Assembly: GCF_018977255.1 (NCBI RefSeq)
Contig: NW_024704748.1
Location: 14,508,001-14,572,000 of the forward strand
Reading direction: 5' to 3'
DNA length: 64,000 nucleotides
Source: Callorhinchus milii
Lineage: Eukaryota
Each line of letters starts with the position of its first letter. Position 1 is the first letter of the stretch. The translations under genes were made by a program, and so were the position numbers. The notes under the pieces were generated by a model. The model had not been told where the DNA came from. It saw nothing but the letters and a program-made list of their open reading frames with translations, and searched no databases. This document shows, in pieces, positions 22,733 through 36,309 of the stretch.

Positions 22733-23991
22733 CTAATAGTTTATGGTAACGCCTTTTACACATCAATCTGCTTGTGACTGGGACCTGAGGCCATGCAAGC
22801 ATCACAAACCATTCAGAGCATTACAATTCTTTGGCAATTTAAAACTTGACAACAAGCTGTTTACTCTTAAGTTTAAAGAAAACATTGTTTTGCAAGAAAA
22901 CAAATTGGGTGAAGGAGACGGTAATTTTTTTAGAAAAATACATTGAAATATCATGCAGGCTACAGTGTTATCTTACACACTGGTGGGAGGCAATGGAGGT
23001 TTAACTTGTTAGCACTTCAGATTCAGTCCTGGTGTTACATTCCTGGTGCCTATCATCCACCTTGTGTGGGCTCAAACCCGCGCTCGCTGGATGTCGAAAG
23101 ACCAACAGTGACTATCCTATGGGGCGGGGGTTAGCTGAAGTGGCTCCAAGGTGACCTGTTTGGCAAAGGAATGTTAGAATCAAGCCAGCGCTCTGTGGCG
23201 GTCTCGGTAGTCCAGTTCCTGAGCCAGGCAGGTCCGTGGTATCCCAGGGCACTGTTGAAAGCACAGCCAGGCTGGTTCATCAGCAGGTCTTTTCAACACT
23301 GCAATAATTAACACATCACATGCTGCAATTTTCGCTCCCTGTGAATTCATGGGCTGGGGAGTCATTGGGAGCAGAGTCTCTTATCAGTGGATTTCATTGT
23401 TGAAATGAGACTGTAGCATTACATCAGGAGTTTTGGCACTGGCTGACAGCAGATGATGAGCTGGACTGCCCATTGAAGGTTTAGCGCTTGAGGCATTGTA
23501 ACGAGTGCTGATTCACCACTGCACAGTTTGCCGATTGTTGGCTGCCATTCTCAGTTTATTATTAAAATGGACAGGTGATGCAGACAAATCATAATACCAT
23601 CAACTGAGCCTCCTGCAGGCTCATTTTTATCCATTATGTAAAGGATTCTCCCCGGAAGCTGACAGGAACCTGTCAAAGGCAGACATGTTGTAACAGATAG
23701 CCCTTCATCTTCAGGATGATGGTTTTTTGCCTGTGGATAGTTTTTTCTCCTGATTTGGCCGAGGATCAATGGCCCCTAACCTCTGGGAACCCCTCGTTTT
23801 GCTTCTCTTACTCATCTTCTCACTATCTATCTTTAAAACCCACCTTAAACACTACTTCTTTGACCTTATGGTCTTTTCCCCTGCCCCCTCTCCTCTCCCC
23901 TGTTTGGTTTCTGATGCCATCTATGTAAAGCCTTTATAAGACGAGAATGGATCTAATAGTTTATGGTAACGCCTTTTACACACCAATCTGC
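22733..23991 (+). repeat. 39-bp direct repeat at 22733-22771 and 23953-23991
   Basis: CTAATAGTTTATGGTAACGCCTTTTACACA(T/C)CAATCTGC, with one mismatch. Confidence 0.92.
23775..23940 (+). mobile_element. Decayed L2 3' fragment
   Basis: CTCTGGGAAC...TCTTTAAAACCCACCTTAAACACTACTTCTTTGACC (FKTHLKHYFFD), a pyrimidine-rich UTR and TGTAAAGC. Confidence 0.6.
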
Positions 23992-26900
23992 AACCGCTCA
24001 ATTGTACAAGGAGCACAACATGTGAAAGGTTACAGAGAGCCAGATGAGATCAATGCAGAGCTTGTATGTCTGATGATAAGTGAGGATTGTGGGAGAACAT
24101 AAAGGGAAATGGATACATTTCTTTAGCTTTTGCTGAGCTTTGCAGACATGATGTGTCCTTACTCGATGCAGTGTCTTTCTGAATCCTGCAGAATCTCAGA
24201 GACACAAACAGAGGACCAAACCATCTACTTCAGAGCACAGCACTCCCAGCTATTAAAAGCAGGTCATCTAGTGAAAGCCTTATTTACTGAACTGTGCCAG
24301 CCTTTGTTAAACCGAGTGTAGCCAACAATCGGCAAATCGAGTGGAAGTTAAAGCATGGCTGAAACAAGCCATTGATACCAGCTGAAAACAGGAGAGTGTA
24401 TAAAGCTCTTTCAAAATCATTGCAGTGTGGGCTCATAATAATTCAGTGCTTCATAATGGAGCCTGTCCCGCTGATTGAATGGGCGGATAGTGGAGGCTTG
24501 ACCCCTAGTTCAGGCAGGGCCAAGGCCTAATGAAGGCCATGCAAACAAACTAAAAAGGCTTTTGTTTGAGCAGACCTCAAATGAAGTGCTTATATGTTTT
24601 CTGAGTGAAAAACATTGCAGCTCAGAACCTTGGATACCCTGTGCACCTGATTGAAGCAACTTAGCCAGTTCTAAAAAGTGAGCAGCAATTATGCACAGGA
24701 AGAGCAAGTAAAGCACAGAATTGTTTGACTTCTTTTTGAATGGATTTACAACCTCTGGTGCCGTATTGAAATCTTAAGAGAGAGGGTGTGATCGCTGCAG
24801 TTATTTTGATGGTGGGCACTTATAATGGGATCCGAGTCTCGTACACCCCAGCCCCAAGGAAAGTAAGAGGAGCCAAAATAACTACATGTTCTACTGTGTG
24901 AGCTGTCAGTGTACCACCAAGATCATTGTGATGGGGCTATTACTCATCAATTAATGGTGTCATCTTAGGGTTGTATTCTTCAAGTAATTAAACGCTCCAA
25001 CTCAACTTGACAAAAGCTTTGATAGAAGAGTTAATACGAATATATGTAATTATATTATCAGTATTTGACTGCTTTTTAAAGTTTTCACTTGTGTTAAGAA
25101 ATGCAGAGACTGGAGGTTAGCACAAAGCGAATCCCACGCTGGATCATTTACCAGGTAAAATATTACGATATAGCAGAGCTCTGTTCACAAATCATGCTGC
25201 AAGCTGATGGTCTCATCCTCTCTGAGCACAAGCCAGTCCTTTTGTTACTGAAACCAACTGACACTGTGAACTTAATTTACGATTACCTGAAATTAAAAAA
25301 GAAAACTTGTGAGCAGTTAGTGCTCTTATTTTTGCCCAACAATGATTTGCCATCCCACCCACTGCTTTATCCTGTCAACAATTTAATTTCTGAGCCGTTT
25401 TAGAACAGTGAAGGTTGAAAAGCATTTTGTTTGAAAGGAGAAAGGGGGTGGGGGGGGAAGGCATTTCAATTCAGTTGCAGGTGTGGAATGGCGAAAGCAC
25501 TTTGAGTGGCATCACACAGAAAAAGGCTGTTTTGTCTGCAAAAGATAAATGCCCACAGCGGGGTCTCCAGACCTCCTCCTGCCGTGTTGAAATCACATTG
25601 TTTCTGCAGCAGCGACCTCATGACTGCCTGCAATTCATTGGATGTGAAACGGAGAGAATAAAACCGATCAAATGGCACGGCTATAGCTTTTTCTGTGCTT
25701 TATTAGTGATTCGCTTGGAACTCAATTTGGGTTTGCCACGGACTTGACTATTAGCTGATGATTATTGCATGTTAGATAAATGTTACCATTTGTGAACATT
25801 TGCAATATTGCAGTACACACAGATATAATCATGCTGTACTGGCACTATAAATGCCAACTCTTCAGTGTGCAGGAATTAGCATCTGATCTCAAGAGTTCAA
25901 AAGATTTTGATTTGAAAGTTGCCTCTCATGCTTCATGAAGTCAGCTGAACTACTCAATTAAATTGGAGCCTTATAACTACTATTAACACTCCTGCTATAT
26001 GCCAGTAATCTATCTTTAACTGAATCGCCAGGACTTTTAAGAGTTGATTTAACAGTCTGCAGCATAGTAGTAATTTCCAATGCGCAATATCAAAGTGAAT
26101 TTGTTTCTTGCTCACTAATACTAAACTGCAGAAGATGGTTTCATCTTTAGTTTTCCTGTTCCCTATTTTTGCCAATGACATTGCAACATTTTTTTTCAAA
26201 AAAAAGTGTGTGTGGGAGGGGGAACGACCAAGAAGCCTACTGGTTCATCTGACTTTGAGTTCATAAGGAGTGTGAACACCAGAGTGCAGAAGAGATCGTA
26301 CAGGGCACAAATGTTTGTTCACTGCACTTTGAAGAGTTCAATATGATACTGTCCTGCTTTATACTTCCAGAGAATTTTGATGCTTAATTCCTCAAGATAA
26401 AATGTGATAAAGGATTAAGAAAGAGGCACAATAACAACATGATACTTGATTCAAAGCTATCTGGGTAGAAAATTTGATTTTTTTGTTTGATGCATATATA
26501 GTAATGTGGCTGAAAACAGACTAAATGTTTAAAACAGTATGGAATATATGACCCATCAGTAAAAAATATATTAATTTCGGGAAATAAAGAAGATTCAAAA
26601 CAAAACTTATTTTTAAGGAGCTGTATTTGTTGCTACCTGTTGTTTTTAAGGGCCTTTTGCCCAATTGTTTATTAAGAATAAACTCCACCACTTAATTTGT
26701 GACTGAGATAATAAAAGGTGCACTTATCTTGAGCTGAATTATTTGGGCAGCATTCTTGATGAAAAGAATTAAGGGAGCAAGTCACTGTATCTGGGTAGAA
26801 CCTCAAGCATTTAATTCAACAAATGTACAATTTTCTGTAGCCAAGACAACTGAAATCACACTAAGATCAGGTATGAGTGTGAGGATCTTTCATCCTCGAC

Positions 26901-27158
26901 TGTGTCTCCAGCAGGGATTTGCTTATCATGTGAGTTTCTGTTCAACTGGTGAATAACAAAGGGAAGAACTACAAGAGAGACACCATCAAAGGTGGTTTTA
27001 ACAATTTAGGAAAACTATGGAAAAAATAGGAAGGTTATCAGTGGTAATAATGTAAAACAAAATTAAAAGTGGATTTGAGACCAAGAAAATGTTGATAGGT
27101 ACAGTGGGAAGGGACCTCCAATTGTGCAGCATCATTTCACAAGATCACAAGTGATGTT

Positions 27159-27218
27159 CAACAACAACAACAAATTACACTGCGACTTTCACGACGGGAG
27201 GACATCCCAAGGTGCTGG
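27159..27218 (-). mobile_element. L2 3' tail
   Basis: (CAA)n ATTACA...TTTCACGACGGGAGGACATCCCAAGG. Confidence 0.75.
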
Positions 27219-29098
27219 GATTAAGGCATTCAGATCAACTCCCTGATTTTACTATAAGAGACATGATACTGGTGAGATGGGGAGTTTGCCATGTTAGTGA
27301 CTGCAGTCACTGTCTTTAATTGAGTCATTTCCGTAGCATGTTATCTTCACTATGTGACATACCAGATTACCTCCAGAATTTAACACACCAGGTTATCTTC
27401 AGTGTGTCACAACAGGTTGCTTTTTGTGTCTCACATTTTGAATCATGGAATTGGTAAAGTACATTCAAGGTGAAAAGGGGAATAAAAATTAAAATCTAGT
27501 TGATCCCTATTTTGATGGAATTCTTTGACTCATGCAAAAAAAAGTGTTTGCCATGATAGCATATCTTCATTCTGTAATTTTCCCTGGAACAGTCAGTTTT
27601 CCATTGAACTTTAACCAGGATTTATTTTTATGAATGGTATTCTGTTTCAGGCATTCCCAACCTTGGGACTGGCTCCTGTAGAGTTAGTAGGCAGAAAGCC
27701 AGATATGCAGACATTTTGATAATCGTGTAACCATGGAAATGCAGAAAGGAGACTTATACAGCAGCAGAAAGTAAAGCTAAGGTTCCTCCTGTTTATTGTG
27801 TTTAAAATAATAAGGATTGCAGAATGTGACATGGACACACAACTATATGGAAACCGATAAAAAGGAATGTCTGATGTTGCACAGAGCTTACACTGAGATA
27901 CAACACAGACATTGGGGAGAACTGCTGACATGTGCTGAGGTTGCTTAAAAAAACACTTGAGAAATACTTTCCAAATGTCAGCATTTCTGATGCCTTTGGC
28001 AAAATGTGCAGTGCCTTGCTTTAGTCACTTTTTTCAAATGGAGGGTTTGTGTTTGCTGTTCTGGTGTAATTTGTCACACGACCATGTGATCAGTGTTAGT
28101 GTTAGATGGTCAAAAAAACAAGTGCGCATATAACCAACATAATACTTCATAATGAGATGAAGCATTATTTGGTTATATGCCGGAAGGGAATTGTTATTTC
28201 AACCCCATGCCCACCCTCCCCCCCCCCCATCCCTGGTCGTTTCAGATGTACAGCATCAGAGCCATTAGTTCACCAGCATTGCTTAACATTCAGGCATGTA
28301 CTTTGGGATACGTCTGTGCAGCCAAATTTAACAGCCTGTTTGGAGGGGGAGAGTTATATGGTTGGTTTGAATTGATCAGGAATAAAATGTTATGGGATAA
28401 TTTGGGAAATGCAGAGTTGATACTGAAGGTTCAAGGACCATTCAGGTTTTGAGCTCTCAGGTTTCTGCTTAAATCCAATTTTGGCTGTAAATCCCATTTG
28501 CTTGTGTGAACTGGTCTTGTGGTGGCCCCGCTGTTTTCCAAGCTCTGCCTCCATTTAGAATAGAATTCTGCTGTTCGTTGATAAACATGTAAACTTAGCT
28601 TAATGTGGTGTTCCTGTAACAGCTATGTGGGCTCAGCTTGAAGGAGCCTGTTGGAACTGGCACCAGTATCCAAGGTACAGATATACATCGATTTGCACTG
28701 GCTACTGAAGTGGGTCCTGTGGGTATTTCTCTTTTACAGCTTCAAGTTCTATGAATTGAAAATGTTATTGGATCCATGCTGGTGTCTCAAACTGGTTGAC
28801 ACCTGTCACTGGTTGCTGGAATTCTGCGCTCAATTCCTTTTTCATGTAACTTCAGGAAAAAAAAATTCTCTCTATATTTGGTGATGAGAAATGTTGTGCT
28901 TTTTTGGTGGGAGGCTTTATTTTCAAGAAAATACAAGTAAATAATTCCTCCTCCCCCCCACTTATCAACGAATTCTCCATGATGAGCTGTACGACTGAGC
29001 TTTTGTCATTTGCAGCTTCTGTAACTGATCTCTGGGAAATGCAAGGGAACAGCTGGAAGCACTTCCAAGACTCCACTGGGTGTCTGTATTCTGTATGT

Positions 29099-29418
29099 GG
29101 AATCCTGTAGCTCAGTGGTTAGAGCACTCGCTTTGCAAGCAAGAGACCTGAGTTCAATTCCAGGCAGGGCGAAACCTTGGCCAAGTTTCCTTACTCCACA
29201 CACCTAATAATAATACCTCCAAAACAAAAAACAATAATAAATTGGTCATTTTTAATCTACGACTGTTTGTGGGACATTGCTGTTCGCAATTGGCAGTTGC
29301 GTTCGCCCACAAATATACAGTCAATTCACTTTACAGTGTGTTCTGTGAAGCTCTTTGGGACGTCCTCCCGACGTGAAAAGCACTATATCAAAATGCAAGG
29401 ATTATTATTATTATTATT
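29099..29418 (+). mobile_element. Young SINE family A, full length
   Basis: tRNA-Ala(TGC) head CTCGCTTTGCAAGCAAG, Deu-like core and L2 tail with (TTA)n. Confidence 0.95.
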
Positions 29419-29427
29419 CTTTCAATT

Positions 29428-29769
29428 ATAATAATAATACTCATATTTATATTGCTCCTTATCACATTATAGAGACATCTCAAAGAAATTTACAGGATTT
29501 TATTGTGAATTTGTAGGCAAACGTGTCAGCCAATTTGTACACAGCAATGTCCCACAAACAGCTATGAAGTGAATGACCAGTTTATATCTGGAGGGATTAT
29601 TGACCAGGACACCACGAGAAACTCCCTTCTCTTTTACTTCAATAATGTAGCGTTCCCCGCATTGGAGTGTCAGCCTAGACTTATGAGTTCAAAGTCTCAA
29701 TGTGGGTCTTAAACCCACAATCTTTTGACTCAGAGGTGAGACTCCTACTAACTGAGCCAGAATGACACC
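29428..29769 (-). mobile_element. Older DeuSINE (SacSINE1-like), near full length with internal deletion
   Basis: Minus strand GGTGTCATTCTGGCTCAGTTAGTAGG...CTCTGAGTCAAAAGATTGTGGGTTTAAGACCC...CTAGGCTGACACTCCA...GGTGTCCTGGTCAAT, then the Deu core and L2 tail. Confidence 0.85.
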
Positions 29770-31478
29770 TTCATAGTGATACTGAAGTAATTCTCCTGTT
29801 AGATTATGGTTGAAATGGGGGAGGGGGGTGCAGTGGGGGGTTATGAAAGTGGCCGAACCTCTGCATCCCTTTCACGATGATGAATATTGAATTACTTTCA
29901 GATTCACTCACTCAGTGAGCTTTGCGTATTTGGTGTGATTTGACAGAGCAGCTGTTAAACCGATTACGGTCTAAATAAATGAATTAACAGCCTTTAGAAA
30001 TAAAAAAAAGTTATTTTTGGATTTATTGCAGCGTAAATGGAAGGCTGCGTGCTTTTAATTCTATTAGGGATTTTAGTCATAAATAGAAAAGTGCGGCCCC
30101 AACTTTTCTGTGGAATCTGTTACAAAAAAACAACCTCCTCCACTACACACATTCCCCTCTGCTAAAAACCTGCAAAAATACAGTGCGCTCGAGGCCTCTA
30201 CTCTCTGCTGCCAACACAGCTACTGTGGACGGAGCGGTGCTGTGAATTAATTTTACTTTTGCAAAATCTAACATGTATTATTTCTTCATGTTTAGCTTTT
30301 ATCAATAAAGTTAAAAAAATGTAGGTCGACAATAACATGTACCTTTTTCTGCAAGTCTGACAAATTTCCTTGCAATTTTTGGCAAATATTTCCGCAATTT
30401 TCTATTGGCCTTGGTCATAAGCCTGGAAAAGGGATATGATTAAGCTTAGGGAAAGTATTATCCAAATAAAAATATAATGAGCGCTTACAAACTGAAGAGT
30501 CTTTGAGGGTTGATAGGGGTTTCAAGCTGTAATGTTCCATAATTATTTTCTTTTCTTAGTAGATAGGACAAAGCCCAAAGAGAATAGCATTATAAAGCCA
30601 GTAGCTTTGAAGTTATTGGCTTTGTAGCACTCGACCCTGGGAACCTGAAGCTTGTGCTTTGTGTAGTCAGTGCTATCTCTTGCCCTTGCACTTTCTCTCA
30701 GCTGGATACATAGTGGTATTCCCAGAAACCAGTGTTCACATCCTCATCTTTGGAGAGGAATATGGGGGGTCTGAACAGTAGGCAAATAAAAAAGGACAGA
30801 GGAACATGTACTATGTGTGTAGTTTTCTGAAACGGTCGGTGATCTTGTGTCACATTCATACAACAGGAACAACTGTACTTGATGCCATTCTGTAATGCTT
30901 GTTTATGCTGTGAAATTTTATCCAGTAAACACTGCAGGGAGGTTTCCACTACTTGGAGGTGATGAGAGATTCAAGCTTTTATTTGCATGATAGTTTTCAA
31001 AGTACATTTCAAGATTGTCAACTTCTGACCACTATACCCAGGCCAGGGATGTGAAAAATATATCTCTGACTCTCTCAGGGTTAGAAACAATTCATCTGGC
31101 ACCACCACAGCCTGCATTTGGATTGCTGTTTTGGCAGCACCAAAGGGTCTGGGAAAATCCAACTCTTAAGGTGGCTCAATGCACCTGTGGAAGGATACAA
31201 CACCCCTTAATTACCTGTGACAGCCTTGTTGCTGATGGTCAGAGTTCAATCGACAGCAATTCTGCAAGGTAAATACAACATTAGCCTATGATGTGCAGTA
31301 GGTCTTTTCTTCTCAGTCATCTCACAAACTAGAGAACTCCTACCTTTTAATGTACCGCGTGTTATGTTGGAATATAAATCATATAACTATATGAGACATC
31401 AAAAACAAGGTGGGTTAGACCTTGGGGTCTGCTTCAGTCACTTGTTGGGTTGGAGAAGGGTTGCTTTTTGGTTTCTTC

Positions 31479-31497
31479 CTGCGCCTTCTAGTGGACA
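31479..31497 (-). promoter_or_regulatory. Candidate CTCF site
   Basis: Minus strand CCACTAGAAGGCGC, one mismatch to the core CCACYAGRKGGCRS. Confidence 0.3.
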
Positions 31498-32226
31498 AAC
31501 TGAGATGTTGCATTGACGTTACTTATGGAAGAAACACTGCCATTGCATGTGGAGGGTGGGTGGGGTGGGGGGGAGAGTGCGGATTAACCAGATAGAAGAG
31601 AACACTCACTGAAATAAGATGTTAACTGCCATTTGCAGCCTTTTGTACAGAATATTCTAGAATTGGAGTACCCACTACAGGACATCACTGCGAGACACAT
31701 ACAACTTTGCACATGCATGATGCAACTTCTCAAAGTTGCTGCTCTTAGTGCTACGTGTCAAAATGCAATTTCGTGCTGCTCACTGCAAAGGCTGTTAGTG
31801 TGGTGCCAGCAAATGGAGCCAGTCGCTGTCTACAAAAGCCTTGCAGCTTGATCAGCTTGTACTGTTTCTGCAGCTCTCTCTTAATTGGTCCTGGGAGAAC
31901 CTTTCCCATTTGAGTTAAGTGTGATTTGCTCCTGCTATCTCCAGAGACTCCAATCTTGGCTGAGAGATCTCCTCAATCATGTCCTTTAGTTCACTTCTTG
32001 TTCTCTCTTTCTATTTGACTCTTGCTAAATCTTTTTGACCATGCATGTCTCTCACTCTGGGTCTCTCAAGCTCTTGTTTCTCAATGTTTCTCCTCCGTCT
32101 CTCTTCTCAGTGTTTCTCTCTTTCTCTGACTCTTACTGCATTGCATTATGTTTTGAACAACTCTAGTGTAGAAATGTTTGCCCTTGAGTTGCTATATAAA
32201 TCTTGCTTTTGTTGACCTTTAGAGCT

Positions 32227-32255
32227 GTCAGTCAGTCAGTCAGTCAGTCAGTCAG
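32227..32255 (+). repeat. (GTCA)7 microsatellite
   Basis: Read directly from the sequence. Confidence 0.95.
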
Positions 32256-33441
32256 ATGAAGATGACTTCAGACCACAAACCCCAGTCTTGCAGCAACCTC
32301 TATTCTTGGTTGTACCTACAGAGTTGAGTTGTGTAAAGACTTAAAATAAAAAAACATCGTCACATGTCAGAAATTAAAGAAATCAGTTGTAGCCCTTTCC
32401 ATTTCAGGTTATTTTGATAAGTATTTTGAAATCCGTTCTGTGTCAAGTCTCATTCTCACTTGAACATGCAGCTCCCCCTGACTGTTGATTTTAGTGCCTT
32501 GTTATCCTGGGAAAAAGCTTAAAAAGTACCAAACCAGCAGTAAGCTTCTTTCATTTTGTTTAGCCGCACCTTCGACAGGGCTCAGGGGGAATTGAAAATT
32601 CGGTGAAACATATCTATATTCTTACATGTCATAAACTTATATCTAGATCTAGAGTACAATGAAATGTATTTCCCTGCACTGTAAGAGGGGAGGGAGTTGA
32701 ATAAAAAGTAAGAGTAATGCTACCTCATAATTGACAGCCAAGATTAGGATTGGCATTAGCTTTTGCAGAATCTGCCAGCCCCATAATGATAAGAACAATG
32801 AAACAACTCAATAAAACCTTTTTATCTGTGGGGAAAATGCTAAATAATAGCGTTTAAGTTATACCATAATAATTTGTATATTAATTTGGCAGCATAGCAC
32901 ACAATATCTGTAATTGTGTCTCATTTTGTGAAGGACATTTTAATTGAACACTGTATAAAGCATCCAATAAATGGGACAGCTTGTGATTAAAAAAAACACC
33001 GCAGTACACTAACTCTGCTATTAACGACATTTAATGATGTTCGAGTAACCTCAGTGTTATTTTGCATCCCAATACCATAGCTTGCTTACAGATAATTTTT
33101 CATATTTATGAGTTTTTTCCACTTAATTTATATACTATTTTGCATTTACCTCTGCTGGCCCTATTTTCTTTGCTTACTTTGAAGCAGTAGTCTGGGTTTA
33201 CGATATCCTTACTACTTAATATTTAATGCAATTCAATGAGGTATTATCTCCCTCACTGCCTATTTTCCAGACTTTATTAAGTTTTTCTAATCTTCTCCTT
33301 TACGCTTGGGAGAAATATTTTTGCTCTTTTGTACATTTTTCAGATGCAAGTAGCTGCTTAAAAGTCCCTGAAGCAGCATTGACGATCTCCTCTTGACTGT
33401 CACTATCACATCTGTAAATGTTTGCATTGTATCATGTACTA

Positions 33442-33751
33442 GGAGTCCTGTAGCTCAGTGGTTAGAGCACTCGCCCCGCAAGCAAGAGATCTGGGTTCAA
33501 TTCCCAGCAGAGCAAAACCTTGGGCAAGTTTCCTTACTCCACACGCCTGATAATAATCCCTCAAAAAAAACAATAATAAAATTGGTCACTTCAATCCATG
33601 ACTGTTTGAGGGACACTGCTGTGCACAATTGGTTGCCTTGTTTCGTCCACAAATATACAGTCAATTCACTTTACGGTATATTCTGTGAAGCGCTTTGAGA
33701 CATCTAGAAGATTGAAAAGTGCTATATCAAATGCAAGGATTATTATTATTA
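33442..33751 (+). mobile_element. SINE family A, full length, more diverged, alternative tail loop
   Basis: GGAGTCCTGTAGCTCAGTGGTTAGAGC head; tail GAGACATCTAGAAGATTG. Confidence 0.92.
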
Positions 33752-34260
33752 CTGATAAAGCAAGCTACGTCTGGGCAGAACCTCTTGACTGTGCCAGACA
33801 TTGCCTCTCTGAGTTATATCCAATAACGGGCTCTTGAAGGATAGATATAGGAGTCTGAAAAGGTTGAGTTGAGATTATTCCTCCAGGTATGAAATTTGCA
33901 TCTATGCTTCTCAATTCATGTGCTCGCTCAACAGTAAATGGTGCAAGAATAGAAACCCAGGATCTGAATCAGGCAGTAAATCGAGAGATCAGATTCACAA
34001 GGGTCACCTTTGATTTAATATCTGAGAATGTAAACTGAGCGCCAACAGTAAAGGATGATTTTATTTTTAAAATAAAAATATTTAAATATCTGCAACAGCA
34101 TACAGGAAGAAATGTAACAGCTTGTCTTCCAAAAGTGCTATAAATAGCATTGTTCTGTACTGATTTATTTTATGACTTGATCGTTTCTTGCCATTGGAGA
34201 ATCTCCTTCTGTTCTATCTGTGCTCTCAATAACAACTCCTGGAGAGTGCTTAAACCCTCC

Positions 34261-34472
34261 ATAATAATCCCTCCAAAACCAAAAACAATAATAAAAAAAA
34301 TTGGTCATTTTCAATCTACGACTGTTTGTGGGACATTGCTGTGCGCAATTGGCTGCCGCGTTCGCCCACAAATATACAGTCAATTCACTTTACAGTGTGT
34401 TCTGCTTTGGGACGTCCTCCCGACGTGAAAAGCGCTATATCAAATGCAAGGATTATTATTATTATTATCATT
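34261..34472 (+). mobile_element. SINE family A, 5'-truncated
   Basis: Runs from ATAATAATCCCTCC to (TTA)n; near-consensus with a small deletion before GCTTTGGGACG. Confidence 0.92.
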
Positions 34473-34938
34473 AAACCTGCTTTATCAGTTAGTCCCTCAG
34501 TAGCAGCCATGTGTCTATGGTAATGAGCAGAGCAGTGAATAGGTTAATCTGCAGCTTTGTGCAATGTATTAATTGCTTTCAGTTACTTTTCATTGGGTCA
34601 TTTTCCACACATTGCACGTGCTTTCGACACAAATGTTCCAATTTCCCCCTGCATCTTGCCACTCAATACAGAAATAAGAAACAACTTGCATATTAACCCC
34701 TTTTAAGTAGATCTTCACTTTTTCCAATTATATGAATATTTACTGGAAAATTAATCTACATGGAATTGTTAAATTGGTTGAAGGTTATTTTCTAAATGGT
34801 ACAAAATCGATTCGACTGAAGTGGTGGGCAAGCTTTCAAATACTGTACTCCTCCTGCCCCCCATTGTTTTCTTCTTTCTTTCAATCTCTAAAGTTACTGA
34901 GCTGCGGATTGCTACTTTGGTTTATTTTTGTATGTGTG

Positions 34939-34958
34939 TGGGGGGGGGGGGGGGGGGG
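34939..34958 (+). repeat. Poly-G tract (about 20 nt)
   Basis: Read directly from the sequence. Confidence 0.9.
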
Positions 34959-36309
34959 AGAGCTGACAGGTTTCTGACAGGCATATGTTTTGATTGATGG
35001 AGAGAAAAAGAGAGAAAGCACCGATTTGAACTGTAAAGACTTCTTACCTGAAAAGTGCAAGGAAATGATGAGAACTTTCCATGCAGCTAAAAATATAGTT
35101 TAAGAACAAGAGTTAGAAACTAAAATGGCAGTTCAGTAATTTAGTCACCACACACAGTGACACACACAATGTAACATTATTTAACACTCATTTAAAGGAA
35201 AGCTTATCCATTTCGATAACAATGATGCATCGTTTAATTGTGGTGGTGCTCTGACACGCCACATTCTGATATACCATTATATCTGATACTACGTGCATTG
35301 TTCGTGTCTGGTACAGGATAATAAACTGTAACATTTTGCACCATGCTACATCCTCTTCATGTTCAGTAATAGAGGAACTATACAAATCACAACAGTAACA
35401 GTAACAGTCACTGTTCTATCACTAGATCAGAAAATGTATCACCACCAACCAGCACACTTTTTTTCACAAATTGAGAAAATTCTGACCTGCAGTGTCGGCT
35501 CAACAGTTTTGAATGGCTTGTTGATACAGAGTTGCTCTATTATATTTGCCGGAATGGTAGCTGATTCATCCATCGCCTTTGCACTTTTTAGCGCAGAATG
35601 CTATTTAAAGCAGTCAATTGTGTGGAAAGGAAGGAGGGTTTATTTTTTGACAAAACGGAGATTCTGCCAGTTGTAGAAAGAAAGTGTCGTTTTTTTTAAA
35701 AAAAATGGTTTATTTATAGGTTGTCTTATTCTTTTTTTCTGCTCAAAATGTGGCATATTACTAGGTATAACCATTACTTTGACAGTGTGCCCCAAATTTG
35801 ACAATTGTGATTGGGGCTTGTTTTGAAACTAAAACATCCACTTCTTAAGAACAAACATTTTGGCAATGGCGGTAATCCTGTAAGTACTGGTAAGTAGTCA
35901 TTAAGGATGCCCTTTGACCTCATGTCAGACTGATATTCATCTCCACTCTGCAGAGGTCCTTCTACCAGTGAACTGTCCCCTCAGGATGTAGTGAGATGAC
36001 AATGATGCTAATAAAAAGAGTGTTGCTCACGTGTGCACTGGGTTTTGGGCTTAAGTCTCATCAGAGTTTGATATAAGCGATGTCTTCCTGTGGCAGAGAC
36101 TGATACTATTGAGAGGGATCTGAAGAGCCAGGATGCTGCTCCCAGCCTAAAAAGTAACTAGAACAAGCAAACTTCCATGTCTTTAACTGTAGTGTCTGCA
36201 GAATTCCTCACTATGGGTTTCAGACCAGCATTGTATAACGTTTTAAGACTTTAAAAATATTTTTCTGTTTGTTCCCCTTCAGTTCTCTGAGTGCATGTCT
36301 CAACTTAGT

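Noticed and set aside
31985-32135. Long CT-rich tract
   Set aside because: Low-complexity decayed microsatellite with no associated exon
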